DNA of 64,000 bases from Octopus sinensis (GCF_006345805.1 NC_043019.1:10911360-10975359), one strand, 5' to 3'. Positions 37,753-51,151 are shown, counted from the stretch's first letter. The notes: generated by a model from the letters alone, not told the origin. Program-made: numbers and translations.

Positions 37753-37931
37753 TATGGATCAAAACCATTTCATTTAAATTTGTTGGTACTCAGAGTTTCA
37801 AGTGTGATGCTAATCTTCAGCCGTTTTGAATTTGAATGCTGTTCTGAATTTTGAATTCAAAATGGCTAAAGATTAGCATCACACTTGAAACTCAGTACCA
37901 ACAAATTTAAATGAAACTGTTTTGATCCATA
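37753..37931. mobile_element. Fold-back repeat with hammerhead-like cores
   Basis: ~80-bp inverted arms; minus strand GG-CTGAAGA...GAAACTCTGAGTA-CC. Confidence 0.55.
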
Positions 37932-38399
37932 TATATAATCAGACTGGAGTCTGGTGCAGCCTTCCAGCATGCCAACCTGGTCAAACTCTCCAACCCATGG
38001 ACAATGGACGTTAACTGATGATAATGATGATATATATCTATCTATTTATTTAATGTTTATATAGATAAGCAAAACTGATGGACCCATCAAAGAAATCTAT
38101 TCCTTCAGTTCCGAGCTTCGTCTTCTTTCTCTCTCATTTTTGGTCTCATAAAATCTCCCCTTCCTCCCTCTCCTATGTATCTCCCCAGCATTATCTCCAC
38201 CCTAGCTGCCAAAGATTTTGTTTTCTCTCCTTTCAATGCAACTCCTGCTAACCCCCCCCCCCACATGCTTGTCACTCCACCCCTGCCATCTCCCTTCCAT
38301 TGCCACTGTCATTCTGTTGATCAAGTTTTATTCTTACCTAGAAATTCACTGCCCCCCCCACCTCATCACTCCCCCATTCCATTTTGTCTCTCCTACCTA

Positions 38400-39185
38400 T
38401 GTCTCTCTCCACCACTCTCTCCCCTCTCTCTCCCACCTACTCTCTCTCACCCTCTCTCTCTCTCACCCTCTCTCTCTCATCCACACTCTCTCACCCTCTC
38501 TCTCCCACCCTCTCTGTGTCTCCCATCCACTCTCTCTCACCCTCTCTCTCTCTCACCCTCTCTCTCTCTCACCCTCTCTCTCTCACCCTCTCTCCCACCC
38601 TCTCTCTCTCACCCTCTCTCCCACCCACCCTCTCACCCTCTCTCTCTCATCCACACTCTCTCACCCTCTCTCTCCCACCCACCCTCTCACCCTCTCTCTC
38701 CCACCCACCCTCTCACCCTCTCTCTCCCACCCTCTCTCTCTCATCCACACTCTCTCACCCTCTCTCTCTCATCCACACTCTCTCACCCTCTCTCTCCCCC
38801 TCTCCCCTATGCTCCCCCTCTCCTCCTTGCTCACCCTTTCCCTCTCTCCCACCCTCTCTCTCTCACCCTCTCTCCCACCCACCCTCTCACCCTCTCTCTC
38901 CCACCCTCTCTCTCTCTCACCCTCTCTCTCTCTCACCCTCTCTCTCCCACCCTCTCTGTGTCTCCCATCCACTCTCTCTCACCCTCTCTCTCCCACCCTC
39001 TCTCTCTCAACCCTCCTCTCTCTCACCCTCTCTCTCTCATCCACACTCTCTCACCCTCTCTCTCCCACCCACTCTCTCTCACCCTCTCTCTCCCACCCTC
39101 TCTCTCTCTCACCCCTCTCTCCCACCCACCCTCTCACCCTCTCTCTCCCACCCTCTCTCTCTCTCACCCCTCTCTCCCACCCACC
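38400..39185. repeat. Pyrimidine-rich (CT)n/CACC compound repeat
   Basis: Direct inspection. Confidence 0.95.
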
Positions 39186-39504
39186 ACCTCATCCACCTGA
39201 ACATCAACTTGATTAGTCAAGATAAAACAACTGGAGACCACAAGTCAAATGTAATTATGTTAGATAGAATAAAGAACAAAAACAAAAATAACAAGAATCA
39301 AAACACAATTTGCATCATTAGGTTTGTCCTCGTTAAACACCTGTTGTTTTGATTGTACCAGACATTCTCTGTGTGTTATATAATATACACTCACCTGTAT
39401 GTGTATGTTATATATACTTATTGGTGTATCTATATATACATATGGTGTATCTATATGTATTTTTGTATATATGTTTGTGTGTGTGTGTATATATATATTT
39501 CTTT

Positions 39505-39514
39505 CCATCCATCC

Positions 39515-39568
<54 letters not shown>

Positions 39569-39572
39569 TTAC

Positions 39573-39618
<46 letters not shown>

Positions 39619-39672
39619 GTCTGTCTGTCTGTCTATCTATTTATCTGTCTGTCTGTCTATCTATCTATCTCT
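39505..39672. repeat. (TCTA)n/(TCTG)n microsatellite
   Basis: Direct inspection. Confidence 0.95.
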
Positions 39673-39748
39673 ATATATATAATTATACAAATTGTATTGT
39701 TGCAATTAATAAATTCTCCTATATTCCATCTTCTGTCTTTAATTTGCC

Positions 39749-39798
<50 letters not shown>

Positions 39799-39939
39799 AT
39801 GTATATATTTGCAACCATAGAAACCATGCCAAAACAGACATGGAGCCTAGACAGCTCTTTCGCTGGTCAGCTCCTGTCAAACTGGCCAACCCATGCCAGT
39901 ATGGAAAACGGATGTTAAATGATGATGATGGTGTATATA

Positions 39940-40140
39940 GAGGAATTGCAAAGGAAAGCAGAAGCATAGGATCCCTGTATGGTTCTAGAATTTAAAACTG
40001 CCATCGATGCTGCCATGCAGACATATAAAACTCTCTTCACCACCGTGAAGAAATGATGACAGCACCTTCCCATCACAGAGTTCCTCAAGCCCACCAAGAA
40101 AGCTTTGCACGAAGATATGATATCCCCTAAACCGCCTGAA
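39940..40140 (+). mobile_element. pogo/Tigger-like transposase C-terminal relic
   Basis: LEFKTAIDAAMQTYKTLFTTVKK..QHLPITEFLKP. Confidence 0.55.
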
Positions 40141-40143
40141 GAT

Positions 40144-40549
40144 AGGCGCAGGAGTGGCTGTGTGGTAAGTAGCTTGCTAACCAACCACATGGTTCAGGGT
40201 TCTGTCCTACTGCCATGGCACCTTGGGCAAGTGTCTTCTGCTATAGCCCCGGGCCGACCAATGCCTTGTGAGTGGATTTGGTAGACGGAAACTGAAAGAA
40301 GCCCGTCGTATATATGTATATATATATATGTTTGCGTGTATGTCTTTGTGTGTCTGTGTTTGTCCCCCTAGCATTGCTTGACAACCGATGCTGGTGCGTT
40401 TACGTCCCCGTCACTTAGCGGTTCGGCAAAAAGAGACCGATAGAATAAGTACTGGGCTTACAAAAAGAATAAGTCCCGGGGTCGATTTGCTCGACTAAAG
40501 GCGGTGCTCCAGCATGGCCGCAGTCAAATGACTGAAACAAGTAAAAGAG
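40144..40549 (+). mobile_element. SINE family B
   Basis: Full-length young copy. Confidence 0.85.
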
Positions 40550-40555
40550 TAGAAG

Positions 40556-40706
40556 AGTACGAGGCTGTCAGCAATGCGGTGAAACTCGCCAAAGGAATTG
40601 GCGAAGGTTTTGATGACATCACACAAGATGAGGCCCACTCTGAAGCCCTGATAGACAAAGATTTGTTGGAGTTAACAAAGTCTGCCATTGAAGAGGAGGA
40701 GGAAGC
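40556..40706 (+). mobile_element. pogo/Tigger-like transposase relic
   Basis: AVKLAKGIGEGFDDITQDE..HSEAL.DKDLLELTKS.EEEEE. Confidence 0.6.
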
Positions 40707-40850
40707 GCTTAGGCTTACAAAGAATAAGTCCTGGGGTCGATTTGCTCGACTAAAAGGTGGTGCTCCAGCATGGCCATAGTAAAAGAGTAAGAAAAAAGGC
40801 AGTAGTCAGAATTTTGGATAATTGTTTACTGCTTTCATCTTGTTTTAGAG

Positions 40851-41051
40851 CAGTGCTTTTCAAACTTTTTGCTGGAGCGGAACCCCAAGGAAACATTCCA
40901 CTGGCTCGAGGAACCCCTGTGCAATAATTTAATAGTCTTATGCACACATATCTGCACAGGAGAATTAAAAATTACTGCCGATTTTAGCAGTTTTGTAACC
41001 TCTTGCGGAACCCCTGGACTGTACTGGCGGAACCCTGTTTGAAAACCACTG
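40851..41051. mobile_element. hAT (Charlie-like) MITE
   Basis: cagtgcttttcaaac / gtttgaaaaccactg TIRs; perfect 8-bp TSD ttttagag. Confidence 0.88.
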
Positions 41052-42007
41052 TTTTAGAGAATCATCAAGAATGACTTTGTTTTTTACAGAAAATTTATGC
41101 CTTTTGTATATATATGTGAGCTTGTTGAAAAAATATCTGGAGTTGAATGGGGAAGAGAATGTTCTTTATTATTTTTACCCTATGTGTGGTGGGTTGGTTT
41201 GAGGGTCAAAAAGTGTAAAAAGACAAACAGGATACAGAAAGAAGGATAAAAAAGAAAAAGAATGTATGTATACAGACACACATATTTATGTATGTATGTA
41301 CATATGTATACATGTACATACACACACACATGGTGTTCCAGCATGGCCACAGTCAAATGACTGAAATGTAAAAGAATACACACATGCACACATTTGCATT
41401 TTTTTTAAGAGCTAAATAATGAGGTCTCACCTATTTAATTGTAACGAAATCTGTCTTACCTCCACACACTCTCTCTTCTCAATGAAACAGTGTGTACGTA
41501 CGTGTCTCACCACCCTTATTAAAATATCTCACCTACATTATAATAGAATTACATACAGCTGAACATTGAAGGCACGATATTTAGTAGAAGTAGTAGTAGT
41601 TTAATAATAATAATAATAATAATAATAATTGCTGCATTGAAGTATAATCTAGGTCTCATGAGCTGAATACAGAGAATTGTTCTTAAAGAAGACTCTCTTT
41701 CATATTGTAGGCCAAAGTAAAATATATAAAGGAGCCAGCAACAGGCTTCATGACAACTTTATTAACAATAAGGAAAGGAAAGAATATGAGGTGTTACTAA
41801 ATAAGCTTGTGTGCAGAGATGTGAGGGAAAGAGCGATCCATATCAGCCGACCCAAACTTCTTTTTTGCACCATGGACAGATTTTATGCAAGTCAAATTTT
41901 TTTTTCATGGACCTGGAGGTGGGTCGGTGGGTGGGTGTTGGGTCACACACACAGCAAAACAAAATAAAGTGTCTACCGTATAATTTAAGTATTGTATATA
42001 TAATGCT

Positions 42008-42412
42008 CTTTTACTCTTTTACTTGTTTCAGTCATTTGACTGCGGCCATACTGGAGCACCGCCTTTAATCGAGCAACTCGACCCCGGGACTTATTCTTTT
42101 GTAAGCCCAGTACTTATTCTATCGGTCTCTTTTGCCGAACCACTAAGTAACGGGGACATAAACACACCAGCATAGGTTGTCAAGCAATGCTAGGGGGACA
42201 AACACAGACACACAAACACACACGCGCATATATATATATACATATATACGACGGGCTTCTTTCAGTTTCCATCTACCAAATCCACTCACAAGGCTTTGGT
42301 CAGCCCGAGGCTATAGTAGAAGACACTTGCCCAAGGTGCCATGCAGTAAGACTGAACCCGGAACCATGTGGTTGGTAAACAAGCTGCTTACCACACAGCC
42401 ACTCCTGCGCCT
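42008..42412 (-). mobile_element. SINE family B
   Basis: Reverse-complement full-length match. Confidence 0.85.
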
Positions 42413-42628
42413 ATAATACGTATATATATAAAATATATATAATGCAAAAATATCCCGCAGACTGTGATAGTCAGTAGAATTGCAATAACATTTTGAAATA
42501 TATTCTTTCTGTGTGGCCCAGTGCTGGTCTGGGACCTGGTGGTTAGGGACTCCTGATTCACATGGTGTGTGTGTCAGAATGAGTGTATGTGTATTATGTG
42601 TATGTATATATGCATGTTTGTATGTATA

Positions 42629-42673
<45 letters not shown>

Positions 42674-44870
42674 TAAACGGCGGTGCATCAGCATGGCCAC
42701 AGCTCTGAGCTGAAACTTTAGAAAAAAAAACAAAAACAGTATATATATGTGAATGTGCATGGCTCAGCGGTTAGAGCATCGGGCTTACAATCATGTTGTT
42801 GTGAGTTCGATTCCTGGACAGGGCTGTGTGTTGTGTACTTGAGCAAGACACTTTATTTCATATTGCTCCAGGTCTATCAGCTGTAGAAATGAATTGTGAT
42901 ATCATTGGTGCCAAGCTGTATCCCTTGCATAACATCGGTGGCATGGGGAGGGGAGGCCGGTATGGATGGGCAACTGCTGGCCTTCCATAAAAACAACCCT
43001 AGTTTGTGCGTTTGCCGGTGAGGCAACTTTCCGCCCAGACTTGTACCCCAGAGGGGAACCTCTTAGGTGACTGACAGAGTCTTTATATACATACATACAT
43101 ACATACATTACATACATACATATATATGTATGTGAAGGTGCATGGCTCAGTGGTTAGAGCGTCGAGCTTACGATCATGAGGTTGTGAGCTCGAATCCCGA
43201 ACCGGGCTCTTTCTGAGTTCTTTTACAGGGTTTAGGAAAACTGAAGGACCGTTGCTACAAGTGTGTGGATCTGAGAGGGGAAATATGTTGAATAAAATCA
43301 CAATTGAATAAAATGGCTTTAAGAAGGGCATCCAGCTGTAGAATCACTGCCAGATCTGACTGTGCCTGGTGCAGCCTTTGGGCTTCCCAGACCCCAGTTG
43401 AACTGTCCAACCCATGCTAGCATGAAAACGGTGATGATGATGATGATAACTGATCCTCCTGTATTTTTTTTTACCCAAATCCAGAAACTTTTCAACATCC
43501 TTCATGTGTGTGTGTGTGTGTACATAAATATGATGATGATACACACACACATGCACATGTATATATATATATATATATATACTTACACAATCCTATTAAA
43601 TGCAAGTTCTTAGAGTAAGACTTGGAGATAAGAATTGTCCAAATGAACGTCCACATTTGTTGAGAATACCAACGATGGATAAAAAGCTGGATTTTGAGAG
43701 CCTGTTTTTGGTTTTGCATTCAGGAAAATGTCTCTGAAGCAGCTGGAAACAATAGGGACCTTACCCTCTGATGCAGCTGGAAGTAAATAAAACGATAGGG
43801 TTATATATTAGAAGGAAGAGAGAGAGAGAGAGGTCTGTGGTTTATATAAAATCTGCTGTTGTCAGGTCAAGGATCGTTACAAACCAATCCCACACCAATG
43901 GCTTTTGTCCACTTCATCGTAAGCACTCACTTTCTCTGGTCATTTTGTTTTTCTTTATTTCAGAGGATGTTATAAGCTGGCTGGCTGGTTGGTTGGTTGG
44001 TTGATTGGTTGGTTGGATAAGACTGGCTTTACGGATTTGCTCAGTGTTTTGTCGTGTTTTTAGAACATGTATTTCAGATCCTGTTTTGAAATGTCTTCAG
44101 GGAAAGTGGAGACACCTGGATAGGAGGACACCATCGTCATTGTTGTTGTTGTCGTCGTCGTCATCATTGTCGATACAGATGGGAAAATGAACACACAGGC
44201 AAACGCATTACATGTTGTGGCTCAGTGGTTAAGAAACTTTGTTTGCCAACCATGTGATCTTGGGTTCAGTCCCACTGCATGGCACCTTGGGCAAGTGACT
44301 TCTGCAATAGCTCTGGACCAACCAAAGCCTCCAAACAATGAGAATGAGTGCTTAACACTGCATTGGTGGATAAAGGTTTTTTTATTTGTATATTAAGGCT
44401 ACCATTGGTTTCATGTTAAGAAAAATCTCTACAATTCTTCAAACCAATCATATAGAAAAGTTGGTGTTTCTCTCCATTGACTTGAAAGCTTGTTGAGATT
44501 TTTTAAAAGTGAAACCCATGGTAGACTTTATGCAAGGGGGTGCTGAATAGTTCCTGGCTTTGAGAAAATACAAGAGGATCAGTTAATTATGATTTCATAC
44601 AACATATTTTCCTCTCACATTCACACACTTATTGCAGTGGTCCTTCAGTTTTTCTAAGCCCTGTAAAAGAACTTGGAAGGTTGGGCCTCCAACCAAGCCT
44701 TTCACAACACCCTTAAAGCTAGGGTCTTTTTAGTACCCTCGTACACAGATATATATATATGTGTCTGTGTGTGTATATAAATATTAAATGTGGATAGAAA
44801 TTGATATTAATCAATTAAAACCAGTGGCTTAGCATATTTTAAAAAATCCAAAGATTAAAAGTTGTGTTAC

Positions 44871-45060
44871 ATACAAAATTTAGAGGACTGACCACTAAAA
44901 GTGGACAGCCTATATGCAAATCTCAGCAAAAAACCAAAATGTTTTGGTTTTTTGCCGAGATTTTTCTTGAGAACACATTCTTCATGGTAATGGCAATTTG
45001 ACATCTATGTTTAGCATATAGGCTGTCCACTTTTAGTGGTCAGTCCTCTAAATTTTGTAT
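44871..45060. repeat. Nested palindromic element next to (TA)n
   Basis: 47-bp outer inverted repeat plus an inner ~44-bp palindrome at 44919-44962. Confidence 0.7.
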
Positions 45061-45347
45061 ATATATATATATATATATATATTGTGTGTGTCTATATGTT
45101 TTTCGTGAATCCTTTTCTTGACATATGATGGTTGTGAATGAGCATCACTATCATACAAGCAATGTTGTTTGCTTCTAGTTTTTAGTGTCAAATGTCTGGC
45201 CATGGGGAAAATATTACCTTGCTTGCAAGCAGGTGAGGGTTGGCAACAGGAAAGGCTTCCAACTGTTGAAAATATCTGCCTCAACAAATTCCATCAGCCC
45301 CATGCAAGAATAGAAAAGTGGATGTTAAATGATGATAATGATGTATA

Positions 45348-45794
45348 TCATCATCATCATCATCATCATCGTTTAATGACCATTCTCCATGCTGGCATGG
45401 GTTGGACGATTTGATCAGAGTTAGTAAGGCAAGGGGCCACACCATGTTTCATTGTCTGTTCTGGCATGGTTTCTATGGCTGGATGCCCTTCCTAATGCCA
45501 ACCACTCCACAGTGTACTTGGTGCTTTTAATGCTTTTAACCTGGCACCAGCACTGGTACCAATTCTGCTGTGGTGGATGGGTCTTCTTGAGTACAGCAAA
45601 GCACCAGATATCTCAGCTCTTAGTCATCTCCTTTGTAAGGCTCAGTGTCTTGAGATCGGCCTTCATAACTTCATCACATGTCTTCCTGGGTCTCCATCAT
45701 CCACAAGTTCCATCCACTTTAAGTGATCAGTACTTCTGTATGCAACTGTCTGTATCCATATGCTTCAAATGACCAAACCAGTGCAGTCTTCTCT
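45348..45794 (-). mobile_element. RTE-clade LINE 3' fragment: RT C-terminus with stops, 3' UTR and (GAT)n tail
   Basis: Minus strand reads RRLHWFGHLKHM...RPRKT.DEVMKADL..L.LTKEM, directly followed by the repeat-family-C 3' UTR. Confidence 0.8.
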
Positions 45795-46321
45795 CATCCA
45801 TCCATCCATCCATCCCTCCATCAAATTTATTTATTATTCATTTGATCATGGAACTACCTAATGCCTATACTTTTCATTCTGATCCTTCCTTCCTTTTTGC
45901 ACCAAACTGGAAAGTACTAATATCCTTGATTGAGGATATTGTTAATTTTCATATTTTCCTGACTTCTCTCTCTCTCTCTCTCTCCAATGATGCAATCCTT
46001 AGCTTATGGAATCCTCAGTATCATAATCCACATGTTTGGCTATTCTAGAAACAGCTGTAAAGAGACTTTATTTTTTTATCATAACTACTCGTCATTATAT
46101 TTATATTTTTTTTATTTAAATTATTTTTCGAGTGCTGTCAAGTGTTTTGTTTTTTCATTTTCTATTTTAATCTGTATTTGCCTGCTCAAGGAGAAACCAC
46201 TTCTAGTCACCTTTGATAGGCATTTTCAGATGCAGTTTAAGCCAGAGTCTTAGTGATCAACCAAACTGAGCACTCATAGTACACACCTATTATGTTATGT
46301 CAATTGACAAAAACTCCTTGT

Positions 46322-46388
<67 letters not shown>

Positions 46389-47576
46389 ATATATATATAT
46401 CATCATCATCATTTAGCGTCCGCTTTCCATGCTAGCATGGGTTGGACGGTTCAACTGGGGTCTGTGGAGCCAGAAGGCTACATCAGGCTCCAGTCTGATC
46501 TGGCAGTGTTTCTACGGCTGGATGCCCTTCCTAACGCCAACCACTCCGTGAGTGTAGTGGGTGCTTTTTACGTGCCACCCGCACGATGGTGCTTTTACGT
46601 GTCACCGGCACGGAGACCAGGCGAGGCTGGCAACGGCCACGAACGGATGGTGCTACGTGCCACCGGCACGGGGGCCAGGCGGGGCTGGCAACGGACACGA
46701 ACGGATGGTGCTTTTACGTGCCACCGGCACACACACACACATATATATATATGTATATTGTCTTTTCCTTGTTTCAATTATTAGACTGTGGCCATGCTGG
46801 AGCACCGCCTTGAATTATATAGTTGAATGAATCAACCCCAGTGATTACTTTCTTGGTTTTTAAGCCTGGTACTTATTCTGTCGGTGTCTTTTTGCAATGT
46901 TTTACCATCCCATTTATATTCTGATCCCTGTAGTTAGAGGATAACTCTCGTTTCTCTCCCACAGTCTCTCTCATTCTTGATCTCTCACTCTCTCTCTCCC
47001 TCCCCTCCCTCTCTCTTGCTCTCTCTTTCTCTTCCACTCTCTCATTCACTCACTAACTCTAACACACACACACACACTCTCTCTCCAACTGGATAAGCAT
47101 GTATCTCCTCTACAGCAAGATACCTATTTCTATCTTCTGTCACACTCTAACCGCTCATCACCTGGCACAAGGTCACCTCAGCCAATGCCCCTCTCCCCTC
47201 TCAAAGGATCTTTGTCTTGCAAGTTACTCGGTGACCCCACCACACTGTAGAGCAATTGGCATTTGGAAGAGCATCCAGCCGTGAAAACCATGCCAAAATA
47301 GGCCCCACTGGTGCAGGGGCCTTGTAAAAAGCGATCAGTCCACTCTGTAAAGTGGTTGGTGTTAGGGGGGACATCCAGCTGTGAAAACCCTGCCAAAACA
47401 GACAGTGAGGCCTGGTGCAGCTCTTCAGCTTCCCAGCTCCTGTCAAACCATCCAACCCATGCGAGCATGGAATACGGATGTTAAATGATGATGATGATAC
47501 TTTTATAAGAAGAGTTTTGTCTGTGACTTTGCAGTTTTGGCCTGTTAGCCTTCAGTCTGATGAAAGCTGACAAACC

Positions 47577-47978
47577 TATTTCTTTACTACCTACAAGGGG
47601 CTAAACACAGAGGGGACAAACAAGGACAGATAAACGGATTAAGTTGATTATATCGATCCCAGTGCGTAACTGGTACTTACTTAATCGATCCTGAAAGGAT
47701 GAAAGGCAAAGTCGACCTTGGCAGAATTCGAACTCTGAACGTAGCAGCAGATGAAATACCTATTTCTTTACTACCCACAAGGGGCTAAACACAGAGGGGA
47801 CAAATGGATTAAGTCGATTATATCGACCCCAGTGCGTAACTGGCATTTAATTTGTTGACCCTGAAATGATGAAAGGCAAAGTCGACCTCGGCGGAATTTG
47901 AACTCGGAATGTAACGGCAGACGAAATACCGCTAAGCATTTCGCCCGGCGTGCTAACGTTTCTGCCAGCCCGCTGCCT
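47577..47978 (-). mobile_element. SINE family A dimer
   Basis: TSD aaagctgacaaacc at ~47563 and ~47985. Confidence 0.88.
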
Positions 47979-48021
47979 TGCAAAAAAGCTGACAAACCAA
48001 AACTTTGAAGTTACTGTCAAC

Positions 48022-48840
48022 TCATCATCATCATTTAACGTCCACTTTCCATGCTAGCATGGGTTGGACGGTCAACTGGGGTCTGGGGAGCCCGAAGGCT
48101 GCACCAGGCCAGTCAGATATGGCAGTGTTTCTACGGCTGGATGCCCTCCTAACGCCAACCACTCCGAGAGTGGTAGTGGGTGATTTTATGTGCCACCGAC
48201 AAGGTGCCAGCGAGCTGGCAAACGGCCACGCTGGATGGTGTTTTTTTTATGTGCCACTGACACAGTGGCCAGACGAGGCTGGCAGAACGGCCCCGCTCGG
48301 ATGGTGGTTTTTATGTGCCACCGACACGATCGGATGGTGTTTGTTACGTGCCCACAGCACGGAGGCTAGTCGATGCGTTACTGGCTACGGCCACGTTCGG
48401 ATGGTTTTCTTGTGTGCCACCGGCACTGGTACCACAAAGAATACAAATTCCATTGATGTTCATCTATTTTGATTTGTTTTGATTTTGATTTTCACTTGCC
48501 TCCAACAGGTCTTCACAAGTGTCACAGAAGGAAGGTATGCACAGGTGGACTGACTACGTCCCAGGTAGGGGCCACGGGTTATGGCCTGACTAGTCTTGCC
48601 GGGTCTTCGGAGGGTGTTTTTATGTGCCACTGACACAGGTGCCAGATGAGGCTAGCGAACGGCCACGATCGGATGGTGTTTGTTATGTGCCCACAGCACA
48701 GAGGCCAGTCGATGCAGTACTGGCTACGGCCATGTTCGGATGGTTTTCTTGTGTGCTACCGGCACTGGTACCACAAAGATACAAATTCCATTGATGTTCA
48801 TCTATTTTGATTTGATTTGATTTGATTTGATTTTGATTTT
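48022..48840 (-). mobile_element. Family C element with partial internal duplication
   Basis: Close match to 15515-16075; segment 48610-48840 repeats an internal block. Confidence 0.75.
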
Positions 48841-50416
48841 TTTTTCTTCTTGTAAAAGTGTAATAGATATGCACTCTGCTGAAAAGTATTGAGTACTCCT
48901 TCAGTTTAAGGTAAATACTGTAGGCGTGTGGCCTAGTGGTTAAGCTGTTGCACTCACGGTCGCTAGAGCCTGAGTTCAATTCCCAGACTGAGAGGTGTAC
49001 TGTGTTCTTGAGCAAGACACTTCATTTCACGTTGCTCTAGAAGGGTTCTTTTGATCAGAAGGGGAATGTTGGCCTGCTCACCAAGCCAGCAGGGTGGCGT
49101 TATTTGAAGGCTAAAACAATGCACAATGTATTGTGATCAGTGATGTGTAACAACATTTGATAGCCTAGTCAGTCACATGATCACATGTGATATATATATA
49201 ATGATAATGAAATTATTGTATACATTGCTCAGGTGCACCACAACTTGTCAAAAAGTGCGTATAAAGCATATGCAGTAATGTACAATGCACTAGGATAGAT
49301 TTAATTAATTTACCCCATCTCCTGAACTTGCTAGCCTTATTAAAAAATTTGAAACTAATATATCTATCCATCTGCCTACCTACCTACTTACATGCCTACC
49401 TACCTACCTACCTACCTACCTATCTACCTATTTCTTTACTACCCACAAGGGGCTAAACACAGAGAGGACAAACAAGGACAGACAATCGAATTAAGTCAAT
49501 TATATCGACCCCAGTACTTATATAACTGGTACTTATATATAACTGGTACTCAGAACGTAGCGGTAGACTGCTAAGCATTTCGCCTGGCGTGCTAACGTTT
49601 CTGCCAGCTCGCCGCTTACCTACCTGCATACCTAACTCCAAGATTCCAAGTTCGATTCCAAGCAGTGACCTGAATAATAATAATAGTATTGAAAAATACC
49701 TTAGGCATGAGAACCCAGGTTCGAAATTTCCCCAAGACACCTGAAGAATACTGGAGAGTATAACAGTCGAAACGTGTTAACATCAAACAAGATGAAGACA
49801 ACTATCCGTCAAATGTATATAATGTCAATAAAATAAGCACTAGTTGAGCACTGGAGTTGATGTAATCAACTTCTCCTCTTCTCTGAAATTGCTGGCCTTG
49901 TGCCAAAATTTGAAATCAGTAATTATGGCTGGATTAATTAATAGTAGTAGTAGTAGTAGTAGTTGAGTGGGTTAAATTTGTCATTAAAACTCTTGCGTAG
50001 TGAGAAAATTAAGAAGAAAACGAATATAAATAAAATAAAAATAAAAACAAAGGCAAAGAAAAGAACAAGAAAACTAGAACAAAATTAAGAAAATAAAGAC
50101 TGTGATTGTTTCACCTTGACATATTGTATAGGGCTGGCGGTGTGGAGGTGTAAGGGAGCTGTGTGGTGGTAGTGGTGGATCTATTTGTAGTAGTGGTGGG
50201 AGTAGTCTTTAGGCATATGGTGGTGGTAGTTTGGTGTGGAGAAGTGTGGTGATTTTGACAGTGGTATGTGGTGGTGGTGGTAGTGGTAGTTTTGTGGTGA
50301 TACATAGTGGTGGTGACGGTGTTGTTGGCGTGAACAAGGTAGATGTAGAACAGGTGGGTTAGAGTTAATGAGTTTTGTGATGAAAACAAAAAAAAAATTA
50401 ATACTGTGTTGTCGTT

Positions 50417-50651
50417 AAGGTGGCGAGCTGGCAGAATCGTTAGCACGCCGGGCGAAATGCGTAGCTGTATTTCAGCTGCCGCTATGTTCTGAGTTCAAAT
50501 TTCGCCGAGGTCGACTTTGCCTTTCATCCTTTCGGGGGTCGATAAATTAAGTACCAGTTACGCACTGGGGTCAATATAATCGACTTAATCCGTTTGTCTG
50601 TCCTTGTTTGTCCCCTATGTGTTTAGCCCCTTGTGGGTAGTAAAGAAATAG
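50417..50651 (+). mobile_element. SINE family A monomer flanked by a ~150-bp direct duplication
   Basis: 50263-50416 is repeated at 50651-50796. Confidence 0.85.
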
Positions 50652-50865
50652 GTATGTGGTAGTAGTGGTGGTAGTTTTGTGGTGATACATAGTGGTGGTG
50701 ACGGTGTTGGCATGAACAAGGTAGAATTAGAACAGGTGGGTTAGAGTTAATGAGTTTTGTGATGAAAACAAAAAAAATTAATGTTGTGTTGTCGTTAAGG
50801 TGGTGAGCTGGCAGAGTCGTTAGCACGCGGCGAAATGCTTAGTGGCATTTTGTCAGTCTTCATGC

Positions 50866-51092
50866 TCTTAATCAAGCAAATTGACCCCAGGACTTATTCT
50901 TTATAAGCCCAGTACTTATTCTATTGGTCTCTTCTGCTAAACCGCTAAGTTACGGGGATGTAAACACACCAGCATTGGTTGTCAAGCGATGTTGGGGGAT
51001 GGGGCACAGACAAACAACAATATATACACACGTACATATATATATATATATATATAATACACACAACACACACACACACACAATATATATAT

Positions 51093-51138
<46 letters not shown>

Positions 51139-51151
51139 CACACACATATAT

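Noticed and set aside
38175-39352. Three overlapping 320-340 aa Ser/Leu/Pro ORFs
   Set aside because: A pyrimidine-rich repeat that lacks stop codons by composition
50108-50155. Minus-strand PLHLHTASP resembling the HIT motif
   Set aside because: Wrong strand for the HINT3-like exon, lacks the first His, and lies in low-complexity sequence
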